Shown here piece by piece: positions 52,901-61,100 of a stretch of DNA of 64,000 nucleotides; within the stretch, counting starts at the first letter, position 1; each line of letters begins with the position of its first letter. The position numbers and the translations under genes are program-made. The DNA is from an uncultured Methanolobus sp. GTDB taxonomy: Archaea > Halobacteriota > Methanosarcinia > Methanosarcinales > Methanosarcinaceae. The notes beneath the pieces were generated by a model. That model saw nothing but the letters and a program-made list of their open reading frames with translations, did not search any database and was not told where the DNA came from. The stretch spans positions 928,001 to 992,000 of the forward strand of contig OY776215.1 in assembly GCA_963675495.1 (NCBI GenBank), in the 5' to 3' direction.

Positions 52901-53227
52901 ACAACATCCAGTAGCATTCCAAGTAGTAGTTCAAGTAGTAGCACCGGAACCGAGCTGAAGATCACTGAATCCGGGTCAGGTTCAGCAAATCAAACATTGG
53001 AAGCAAACGGTGGTGCAGGAATGGACATGAACGCACCTGTCCAGGACTCTACAAAATCAACCCCTGACAACTATGTAGAAGGTTATGAAATGACAAAAGA
53101 GACAACTGCAACTACGTCTGAAAACAGTGGCTTTACGGCTAGCAGTTCAGACATAATAGCTTCGGTATTTGTTCTTGGTGCAGTCGGAGCTATGTATATA
53201 GGATTCTGGAGAAGAAGGAAGTTCTAA
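46997..53227 (+). CDS. CobN/ChlH-family chelatase-like protein 3, secreted and anchored, with five diverged N-terminal head-domain repeats
   Basis: Start MQMKIKSIL parallels paralog 2 (MQLKIKSIL); HFGTHGTHEWLPG, VPTGRNFY, TCCHHTCGN and GFWRRRKF. Confidence 0.9.
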   Translation: MQMKIKSILILGILLLVSLSGIAAADEQKISIMYVAWMPDPALELASQNSLFAGDINYIYIPSYNTTTWTGPSDELIEAANNGLLEEQDIIFCDMLSAAVFDPINTSFSQAHDAGISLIDINSINTPSYFDYISDGTDDDMICNLYNNMGTATETERQNAEHLLKYLAQEYGNHSEITDEWDKIRVLCIAWEPSAALQMASETNKHRDVIEYTYIPSYNTTTWTGPSDELIEAGSSGVLNDQDVIFCDMLASSIYEPMDNVFSNASENGAVFVDLRSADTPDYFDHVYSGSEDNELCNLYNSMGTITEEEIKSSKDFLTFLASEYGDRTDITDDWNKVNILYIAYAPSTALQLASEMSEHTDDIKFSYLPSYNTTTWAGPSDELIEAGNSIFLEKQDVIFCDMLSASVFDPMNSSFYAAQETGASLLDIRSVNTPEYFDYVSNGSIDDTMCNYYNNMGTETDDEQLNAQNLLEYLATEYGDRDEITDTWDNKIKVMYIAYAPAQALELASQNNMHSDEIEYTYIPSYNTTTWAGPSDELLEVASSGLLDEQDVVFFDMVTASVYEPLNDSLISAKNNGVSFVDIRSMNTPEYFDYVSNGSIDDPICNYYNSMGINSEVEKKNAENLLIYLAKEYGNHPEITDNWIAIKVMYIAWAPSDSLATASKTNPYSQNIDYTYIASYNTTTWAGPSDDLLAAGEGGLLEEQDVIFCDMLAGSIFEPIDQFLRNAHDNGTVLVDIRSTNTPDYFDHVYNGSENNTLCNYYNNMGTATGAQLNNAENLLIYLAKELGVNPGLTDDWQYATLGPISLPDVGLYHPDYEGKYFESTDEYLQWYAEDTGTHRMYDPSRPTIGMWMHRSDVKDGHTEVVDALLRDIESKDCNVILGIDTFDDIVKFYCDENNESLVQSVISLKSFRLNYFDNEKGLRELEELDVPVLRGIVVETTNVYDPADENRGIPNGQVVRKTIGPNVDGIFEYIVVGDSTYDPTTETSSYTSRDAQIDWIVNRSINWAELKLNENKDKKVAVIYYNYPSGKDNIGASYLDTISSMRLMLNKMNESDFSVTGIPENNSQLLEMLWAQGINAGSWAPGVMNEMVENKTEWGLQLIPMETYHQWFEEEIPEELKEQVIQEWGEPWSEDLPQNKSLMMWENDIGEKYLVIPTVQFGNVWLMPQPARGFLQNDNALYHSSLVPPPHQYIAFYLWLNNDWDADAIIHFGTHGTHEWLPGQAYGMNRSAEWAPVLLQDLPNIYPYIVANVGEGLTAEYRGNALIIDHMTPTLERSGTYGELANMSRFIQEYYGPEMSLQTKQAYQMAIIDEMVISGVDVDLEVNSTDLYLYSEAEFDIFVKDILHEYLEDIEGENIPYGMHILGEVPSTNATGPYRDELSGMVRSMMGSYFEENVTAAFYPLEEYPLGIPFNDTQVELLVWEVISNGTSPNDAQIMVYGEVNESLNIDLEFGLSCKQNLIDSSIEMDRVILALSGGFIPAGPGTDPVMNPNAVPTGRNFYGVNPELYPSEATWKLGKMLAQQLIDDYYQNHGEYPRKVSFSRFGVEFIRDHGTLEAEALYMMGVQPVWDRNGKVIGVELIPEEELVPDYDTSIAGRPRIDIVYTTAGMRDAFPEKLKMLDNAAKMANLAEPGNYPNYVNISTQAIYTDLYASFLNSTGNETYSADLADTLSTMRCFAVRDGTYEIAVGNAIEASGTWENESEIGELYLDKMGYAYGSELWGYDCSDLLRGNLMNVDASVHSDSSNLYDTLDNDDFFQYFGGLNLATRYVSGKTPDMYVSDTRNPDKAEIVELGRYINVNMRSRYLNDKWIEGMKGSGYAGGRMMAEFVDNLWGWEVSNSELVDDKMWENVFNTYTTDEMKEFFNANNPGAYQSITGRMLEGVRKGYIDLPDDAVNKLVKDYMESVAENGATCCHHTCGNPSLDTFVQGNIPADFSQQTIDAYKNQMFEATLRKELQTQPSESTTTSSSIPSSSSSSSTGTELKITESGSGSANQTLEANGGAGMDMNAPVQDSTKSTPDNYVEGYEMTKETTATTSENSGFTASSSDIIASVFVLGAVGAMYIGFWRRRKF
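47080..49400 (+). repeat. Five diverged ~155-aa intragenic repeats
   Basis: SYNTTTW(T/A)GPSD and QD(V/I)(I/V)F(C/F)DM each recur five times. Confidence 0.88.
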
Positions 53228-53230
53228 AGT

Positions 53231-53270
53231 GTTTTTGGTGCTTTTCAAAAAAAGCACCTTTCTTTTTTAT
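53231..53270 (+). terminator. Hairpin plus U-tract terminator after CobN-like 3
   Basis: GGTGCTTTT..AAAAGCACC (compensatory change relative to the other copies) plus a T-tract. Confidence 0.75.
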
Positions 53271-53447
53271 TTTTTCAAAGTTAATGAATTGTTTTATAAG
53301 TATAAACATGTATAATTGTTTTTACTAACATATGTAAATCTAATATTAATTTACATCGTGTTTTCGAATACGCGTATAATTTAAATTAATTCTACGTAAA
53401 ATGAGGATGATAATCAAGATGTTTTGAATTAATAAAACAATGGTCAT

Positions 53448-53512
53448 GAACACTCCTGTTCAGCCGCCAAGCAATTGCAGGAGTGTCCAACACATTGTCG
53501 GGGGACAATATG
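53448..53512 (+). promoter_or_regulatory. Conserved structured 5'-leader element, copy 3
   Basis: P1 ACACTCCTGT (53450-59) / GCAGGAGTGT (53477-86) around CAGCCGCCAAGCAA; P2 ATTGTC-GGGG-GACAAT abutting ATG 53510. Confidence 0.7.
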
Positions 53513-53620
53513 CAGTGTAAATATATAATATTGTTAATATTAAGTTTTTCCCTATTTTTTTCAATAACGAATGTATCATCAATTGATTATCGTAGTATAG
53601 ATCAAACAAACTTGATTTAA
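53510..53620 (+). CDS. 36-aa upstream ORF resembling the signal peptide of CobN-like 2/3 (leader peptide or remnant)
   Basis: MQCKYIILLILSFSLFFSITNVSSIDYRSIDQTNLI*; starts at the ATG held in the conserved P2 hairpin. Confidence 0.4.
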   Translation: MQCKYIILLILSFSLFFSITNVSSIDYRSIDQTNLI

Positions 53621-53657
53621 ATCAACTTACATGACTAACTTGGTGGTGAGGTACGAT

Positions 53658-56600
53658 ATGGTACTTAAAAACATTAAAAGATACAAAAATATCTTTGCAG
53701 CAGCCCTTATAATAGTATTCTTAGCAACAGCATTTGCTGCTGCGGAGAGTGCTGGTAACGATACAATAAATTCAACAGGCAATACAGTAGATGCAGCTTT
53801 ATCTGAAAACGATACAATTGATGCAAATACTTCTACTATAGTGAAAATTCCGGACATGGATATAAAGCCAAAAATAAGCTACGTGCTGTCGCGTCCTTAT
53901 GCGGTTACACTTATGCAGAACGTAGCTGCAGACCCTCAGATAAGCTCACAGATGGACATAAGCATCTATCTTGGCACATCCTATGCAGACCTGGGTTTTG
54001 ACCTGAGCGATCAGGATCTGGTTGTTCTGAGAAACCTCGATGCCTATGTTGTGGACACTATCGCACCAACAGTAAATGAAGCGAAAACAAACGGTGCACA
54101 CGTTGTCTCAATAGGAGAGACCCTGGAAGCCTATGGACTTCATAACGTAAATATATCAGACCCGGAATACTTCGATATCAACCTGTATCAGACATACTCA
54201 TCTCAGGAAAATTTCAAAGGACTCACGACTTTCCTGGGAGTTAAGTTCTTCGGTTTGAACTATAGTATCACAGCACCTGTGGAAAGACCTGTCTACGGCA
54301 TCTATCATCCTCTTGCGCCCCAAATATATGGAAATCTTACTGATTACCTTGATTGGTATAGTTCAACAGGAACATATGATGCAGACAGACCTACCATTGC
54401 GATAGTAACTACCAGTTACATAAGAGTGGAAAGGGATATGCCCCTGCTTGACCCACTTGTTGAGGATATAGAAGGAAAAGGATACAACGCAATTGTAACA
54501 ACTTATGCCTACAAGGATGATAAGTCCCTGAGCTACCTTATGAAGGACAACAGATCCATTGCAGATGCTGCTATTGTGATCTCACGTGGGTCACGCCTTC
54601 ATTATTCTGATAACGAACATGGAATTTCCGACCTGCAGACACTTAACATAACTGTCCTGAACGGTGCCCGCCTGTTCTCAGGAGTCAGTGTGGAAGAATG
54701 GGAGAACAGTGTTCATGGTGTGCCACCTGCCCAGCAGTATCAGGTAGCCTACGCAGAACTTGACGGGATCATCGAACCAATTGTAATCAGCGGAAAAGCC
54801 ATAGATGAAGCAACTGGAATCGAATATAACCAGCCAATTGATTATCAGATAGACTGGCTCGTCGACAGAACAATAGCCTGGGCTGAACTACACCAGAAAT
54901 CAAATTCAGAGAAGAAAGTGGTCATACCATATTATAACCCGGAAGGTGGTAAAGCAGACATGGGTGCGGATATTGATTACTATCTTGACGCACAGGCAAG
55001 TCTGGCAAACATTCTTGAAGCTATGCAAGAGAGAGGTTATGACGTTGGCAGTGAACCACTTCCAAATTCCAGCGAACTTGCAGGTATGATGATGGAAAGC
55101 GGGCACAATATTGGTAGCTGGGCTCCCGGAGAACTGACCGAATGTGTTGAAAATGGCAGCACAATACTCATACCTGAATCCCAGTACATGGAATGGTTCG
55201 AAGAACTCCCACAGGATAAAATTGATGAAATGACAGCAATGTGGGGTGAAGCACCTGGAAATATCATGGTCTATGAGAATTCCACAGACAAATATCTGGT
55301 CATACCTGTGCTCGAATTTGGAAATGTTCTTCTTGCACCTGACCCACAACACGGATGGTCCTCAAGTGAAAAAGCAATGTATAACAATGCTTCATATCCG
55401 CCAACACATCAGTGTTTTGCTTTTTACAAGTACATGTCAAGGGAATACGAAGCTGATGCATTGTTCACCATATTCTCAAGCGTTGAGCTGATGCCCGGTA
55501 AAGAATGCGGTCTTTCCGCAAAGGACTGGGGAGCACTCTTACTTGAAGATATGCCACATATCCACGTACTTCCAATGGACGCAGAAGGTGTCTTTGACAG
55601 AAGAAGAGCAAATATGCTCATCATTGATTTCATGACACCGACAATAGTGCCGGCAGGTCTTTATGGCGACCTTGCAAACCTCCAGCAGGAGATCACATTA
55701 TTCAAACAGGCAACAGACAGCGCGGTGAAAGAGAGTTACAGGGAGAGCATCATAAACCAGACAAGAAACCTGAGCCTTGACAATGACCTCAGTGTTGACC
55801 TGGACCCAATTTCAGGTGATGCAGACCTTACAGATACTTTCATTGATGAACTCTCGGATTATCTCTATGAACTGAAGACTGCCTACATGCCGTATGGATC
55901 TCACATACTTGGTGAGGTTCCTGAAGGCGAAAGTCTCATCATGCTCATAAAAGGGATGCTTGGAGACGAATATGTAGATCATGTGGAAACACTTGGTGGA
56001 AACGAGGAAATTTCAATCTTACTATTGAATGAAACAATACTGAACGGAAGCACCCCTTACGATGCGCAATTAAAGGTACTTGGTCAGAACTCCACAGAAC
56101 TTGGAAGTGATCTGGATCTGGCTCTTGAATATATGGGAAGGATACAGGACTGTGAATGTGAGATTACTAAGATACTCGATGCACTTGATGGTACGTATAT
56201 CACACCGGGACCATCCGGTGACCCTATCAGGAACCCTGATGCATTGCCAACAGGCAGGAATCTCTACACATTTGATGACCGCCTTATACCTACAAAAGCA
56301 GCATGGGATGTTGGTTCACAACTTGCAGACGATATGCTTGTATTGAAACTTGAAGAAGATGGTCAATATCCTGAAAAGATAGCTTTCCTGCTATGGTCTG
56401 TGGAAACCACAAGAAACCAGGGTGTCATGGAATCCGAGATATTCAAACTTCTGGGAGTAGAACCCTATTATGACAGCAAGAACAGAGTAAAAGGGTTCAC
56501 ACTAATCGATTCCGAGGAACTTGGCAGATCAAGGGTAGACGTGATGGTGTTAACCTCAGGTCTTTACCGTGATGTGTATCCAAGCAAGATAGAACTCATA

Positions 56601-57935
56601 GATGAAGCTATCAGAATGGCAGCAAGAGCTGACAATGATACATATCCCAACTATGTCAGACTACATTCCAATGAAACATATCAGGGTCTCATAGATGAAG
56701 GATACAATGAATCAGTGGCATACAACCTATCAGTTTCAAAGATATTCTGCCCTCCACCCGGCGGATATACACCGGGAATCCAGGAAGCCATAAGCAGTGA
56801 TACATGGGAAGATTCAGACGAGATAGCCGACCTCTACATTGACAGGATGGGATACATCTATGGTCAGGAAATATGGGGAGAGCATTACTCAAGCGTATTG
56901 AAGAAAAACCTTGCAGATGTTGATACTGCAGTGTTTAGCAGAACATCGAATCTTTACGGTGTGCTTGACCACAATATGGTAGCCGCTTATTTCGGTGGTT
57001 TGAGCATGTCAGTTGAAAGAATCAGCGGCTCTGCACCTGACATGTATATCAACGATCTCAGCAGCTCTGCAGATATTGAAACCCTAAGTGAGTTCCTTAA
57101 CAAGGACTTACGCTCACGTTACCTTAATCCAAACTGGATAGAAGGAATGATGGGTAACGGTTTTGACGGTACAAGATATATGGATTCAGTCTTTGAAGTC
57201 CTGCGTGTGTTTGATGTAACAGACCCATCTCTTGTTACTGATGACATGTGGAATGAGATGTATGATGTCTACGTCGAGGACAAATATGACCTTGGTGTAA
57301 ACGATTACCTTGAAACTACAAATCCATATGCTTCTCAGTCAATGAAGGCTACATTAATGGAGTCCATTCGCACGGGCTATTGGAACCCATCAGATGAAGT
57401 TACCCAAAAAATCGTGAAGGAATACGTTGAATCGGTTAACGAAAATGATGTTACCTGCTGCCACCATACCTGCGGCAATCCATTGCTGGATAAGTTCATA
57501 CAAGAGAATATGGATGCAGCAGACATTAGTCAGCAAGATCAGGAAGACTACAAGAAAAAAATGTACGATGCAACCCTGAGAGAAGTGATTCAGACACCAC
57601 AAACTGAACAAGAAGAAACGGTTAGCAGACAAAGTAGCAGTTCAGCTGGAACGGATTTGAAAATCGTTGAAGCCAGTTCAGGTTCAGGGTCGACCAACCA
57701 GACAACTGCGACTGATTCCGGAGCAGGGATGGATGCTGACACACCTGTACAGGATGTACAACGATCTACACCGGATGATTACGTAGAAGGTTATGAAATG
57801 ACAAAGGAAAGTGTCACGAATACCGAAAGCTCAAGCGGTTTCTCAGTAACAGGTTCGGAGCTGGCAGCTTCTATACTTGTGCTTGCCGGAGTAGGAGCTA
57901 TGTATGTAGGATTCTGGAGAAGGAGGAAATTATGA
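53658..57935 (+). CDS. CobN/ChlH-family chelatase-like protein 4, secreted and anchored, lacking the HxGxHG motif
   Basis: GGTGGTGAGG SD before ATG 53658 (alternative start 53631), signal peptide, LPTGRNLY, SGLYRD, TCCHHTCGN and GFWRRRKL; FTIFSSVELMPG replaces HFGTHGTxEWLPG. Confidence 0.88.
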   Translation: MVLKNIKRYKNIFAAALIIVFLATAFAAAESAGNDTINSTGNTVDAALSENDTIDANTSTIVKIPDMDIKPKISYVLSRPYAVTLMQNVAADPQISSQMDISIYLGTSYADLGFDLSDQDLVVLRNLDAYVVDTIAPTVNEAKTNGAHVVSIGETLEAYGLHNVNISDPEYFDINLYQTYSSQENFKGLTTFLGVKFFGLNYSITAPVERPVYGIYHPLAPQIYGNLTDYLDWYSSTGTYDADRPTIAIVTTSYIRVERDMPLLDPLVEDIEGKGYNAIVTTYAYKDDKSLSYLMKDNRSIADAAIVISRGSRLHYSDNEHGISDLQTLNITVLNGARLFSGVSVEEWENSVHGVPPAQQYQVAYAELDGIIEPIVISGKAIDEATGIEYNQPIDYQIDWLVDRTIAWAELHQKSNSEKKVVIPYYNPEGGKADMGADIDYYLDAQASLANILEAMQERGYDVGSEPLPNSSELAGMMMESGHNIGSWAPGELTECVENGSTILIPESQYMEWFEELPQDKIDEMTAMWGEAPGNIMVYENSTDKYLVIPVLEFGNVLLAPDPQHGWSSSEKAMYNNASYPPTHQCFAFYKYMSREYEADALFTIFSSVELMPGKECGLSAKDWGALLLEDMPHIHVLPMDAEGVFDRRRANMLIIDFMTPTIVPAGLYGDLANLQQEITLFKQATDSAVKESYRESIINQTRNLSLDNDLSVDLDPISGDADLTDTFIDELSDYLYELKTAYMPYGSHILGEVPEGESLIMLIKGMLGDEYVDHVETLGGNEEISILLLNETILNGSTPYDAQLKVLGQNSTELGSDLDLALEYMGRIQDCECEITKILDALDGTYITPGPSGDPIRNPDALPTGRNLYTFDDRLIPTKAAWDVGSQLADDMLVLKLEEDGQYPEKIAFLLWSVETTRNQGVMESEIFKLLGVEPYYDSKNRVKGFTLIDSEELGRSRVDVMVLTSGLYRDVYPSKIELIDEAIRMAARADNDTYPNYVRLHSNETYQGLIDEGYNESVAYNLSVSKIFCPPPGGYTPGIQEAISSDTWEDSDEIADLYIDRMGYIYGQEIWGEHYSSVLKKNLADVDTAVFSRTSNLYGVLDHNMVAAYFGGLSMSVERISGSAPDMYINDLSSSADIETLSEFLNKDLRSRYLNPNWIEGMMGNGFDGTRYMDSVFEVLRVFDVTDPSLVTDDMWNEMYDVYVEDKYDLGVNDYLETTNPYASQSMKATLMESIRTGYWNPSDEVTQKIVKEYVESVNENDVTCCHHTCGNPLLDKFIQENMDAADISQQDQEDYKKKMYDATLREVIQTPQTEQEETVSRQSSSSAGTDLKIVEASSGSGSTNQTTATDSGAGMDADTPVQDVQRSTPDDYVEGYEMTKESVTNTESSSGFSVTGSELAASILVLAGVGAMYVGFWRRRKL

Positions 57936-57937
57936 AG

Positions 57938-57980
57938 TGTTTTTGACGCTTTTGATGAAAAAGCGTCTTTCCTTTTTTTT
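57938..57980 (+). terminator. Hairpin plus U-tract terminator after CobN-like 4
   Basis: GACGCTTTT..AAAAGCGTC followed by TTTCCTTTTTTTT. Confidence 0.75.
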
Positions 57981-58132
57981 ATAGAATTGTGTCAACATGT
58001 ATTAAAATAAATAGTAAAAATATACTTTTTTTCATATATTCACTGTGTTTTATATAGGTGCTTGACCGAATATATATACTAGTTAAGATACTTCTAATTC
58101 TATATCTCAGCACAAAAACAGGAAATTGGCTT

Positions 58133-61100
58133 ATGAATCTAAAAAAAATCATATTCATCTGCATTATTATGATCCTGCTTTCTTCTATGACCGTTGCGGC
58201 AAATGATGACAATCAAATCCTTTTGAAATCATCCTGTTTAGATACAGACATCGTATCAACACAAAAAGAAAACTTTCGGGATGAACCAAAAACAATTCCA
58301 ATGTCCGGATTAATTGAATGCTCTGATAAATACTATATAGTACAATTTGAAGGACCAATTATTCAGGAATGGAAAGATGAGATTCAAACTATAGGAGTTG
58401 AATTTTTTGATTATATTCCAAACAATGCTTTTGTGCTCAGGATGAATGAAACTGAAAGGCGTCTTGTTGACTCACTTGAATTTATACGTTGGACAGGGGA
58501 ATATCTGCCGGAATATAAGTGCACATCCGATATAGTAACCATTCCTGATAAGAATATAACATCAGACTCCGAGAACATAATTGATCTGGTAGTGTTTGTT
58601 TTTGACCCGGATGAAATTTCAAGAATAGAATTGGATATCTTAGCAATCGACGGATTAGTATTTGAAAGATCAGATACTATCCTGGGAATACGGATAGAAA
58701 CAAAGAATATTGAGAAGCTTTCTTTCATCGATGGGATAAGCTGGATAGAGCAATACGAAGATCCTTTCTTATCAAACGATGTTGCAACAAGTATAATCAA
58801 TGTTGACACGGTACAAAACACATTGGATCTGAAAGGATTTGGTCAAATTGTCGCAGTTTGTGATACAGGACTTGACACCGGAGTGAATGACGACTCAATA
58901 CACGCTGATATTAGAGGCAGAATCCTTAGTATCACTGATCTCTCAGGTGATGGAGCCGCAGATATCAGTGGCCACGGCACTCACGTGGCAGGCTCTGTTC
59001 TTGGAAACGGAGCAATGTCAAGTGGACAATATGCAGGCATGGCACCCGAAGCTTCACTTATATTCCAGGCTGTCGAAACAAATGACGGAGCACTTTCCGG
59101 AATACCGGTCAATCTTTATAGTATCTTCCAGCCTGCATATGATGCAGGGGCAAGGATACATACTAACAGTTGGGGAGTTAATGCCAGTGGAGTATATAAT
59201 TTCCGTTCATACTACGTAGATCATTTTGCATGGAATAACCCTGATATGTTGATACTCTTCTCTTCCGGCAATGAAGGGAAAGACCTTGACTCGGATGGAC
59301 TGGTCGACCCTGATTCGCTGAATTCGCCCGGAACTGCAAAGAACTGTATAACTGTCGGAGCATCTGAAAATGACAGGGGAGAAACATTTTCAATCGGCTG
59401 GTATTCAACATGGGGCACACGCTGGCCATCTTTGTTCGATGAAGATCCACTAAAAAATGACTATATGGCTGACGATAGCAATGGAATTGCTGCTTTCAGC
59501 AGCAGAGGACCAACAGATGACGGAAGGATCAAACCCGACATAGTTGCCCCCGGTACATTTATAATTTCTACAAGGTCAAGTCGAGCCACCTGGTATGATT
59601 GGGGTGTTGTTCAGGAGAATCCAAGTTATGCATATTTAGGCGGATCAAGTATGTCCACACCAATTGTTGCAGGCTCTGCAGCTCTTGTCAGGGAGTACTA
59701 TACCGAAATAGAAAAAGTGACAGATCCAAGTGCTTCATTGATGAAAGCAACTTTGCTTAATGGCGCATACGATATGACACCAGGACAATATGGCGAAGGA
59801 ACTACACAGGATATCGACGGCAGACCTGACTACTCACAAGGATGGGGACGTCTTGATGTCGATAACTCAATACTGGCAGAATACCCGGAAGTAATAGCAT
59901 ATTTCGATTATATTCCGATAAATAGTACTTCTGATTCATGGGACCACACATACGACTATGCAAAAAGTGGCCAAGAAATAAAAGCAACGCTTGTATGGAC
60001 TGATTTTCCAGGAACACCTGCCACATCAAAAGCACTTGTAAACGATTTGGATCTGACGATAACAGGCCCATCGGGAACATATTACGGCAACGATGGCCCG
60101 GACCACACAAACAACGTTGAAGGAATTGAAATCGAAAACGTTGTTGAAGGCGACCATACAATTGAAGTTGAAGCATATAATTTACCCAAGGCCCCACAAA
60201 ACTTTGCACTGGTATGCGCCTTTACCTGCGATAATAATGAGTACCCTGCAAATGGATCATATGCAGAGAACAGTACAACTGAAGTATCAGCCGATATCGT
60301 GCACCCTGGAGGCGTGGACCAGGATTCTATAGATTTAGAAATAAACGGTGTCCATGTGGCTTTCAATACTTCCACTATACAGGACGGATATAGAATATGG
60401 CACAATACACCTATTCCTTACGCAAGTGGAGAAAATAATGCATTTATCACAGCCCTGACAGATAGTGGTCAACAATTTTCCTACACTTGGACGTTCAATA
60501 TCAGACCTGAGATAAGCAACTTCAAGTTTGAAGGACTTGAACCGATAGTTGAAGGACTTGTAGATGAAGAAGCAAAGACGGTAACTCTTTCAGTGCCTTA
60601 TGGAACCGATATAAACGCACTGGTTCCAACAATAGCACATACCGGAGTAAGCATTGCGCCAAATACGGGAATTGCACAAGATTTCACTAATCCAGTAACA
60701 TATACTGTAACGGCAGAAGATGCCAGCACACAACAATATACAGTTACGGTGAATATAGCTCCAAACACAGCTAAAGAAATAACAAGTTTTGATTTTGAAG
60801 GATTAAATCCGGAAGTAGTAGGGCTAGTGGACGAAACAACAAAAACAGTAACTCTCACAGTACCTTATGGAACCGATGTTAACGCCCTGATTCCAACAAT
60901 AATACATACCGGAGTAAGCATATCGCCAAATACGGGAATTGCACAAGATTTCACGAATCCGGTAACGTATACTGTAACGGCAGAAGATGCCAGCACACAA
61001 CAATATACAGTTACGGTGAATATAGCTCCAAACACAGCCAAAGAAATAACAAGTTTTGATTTTGAAGGATTAAATCCGGAAGTAGTAGGGCTAGTGGACG

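Noticed and set aside
35084-57935. Canonical aerobic cobaltochelatase cobN or Mg-chelatase chlH
   Set aside because: Signal peptides, C-terminal anchors and no AAA+ partner in the window, so the gene symbol was withheld
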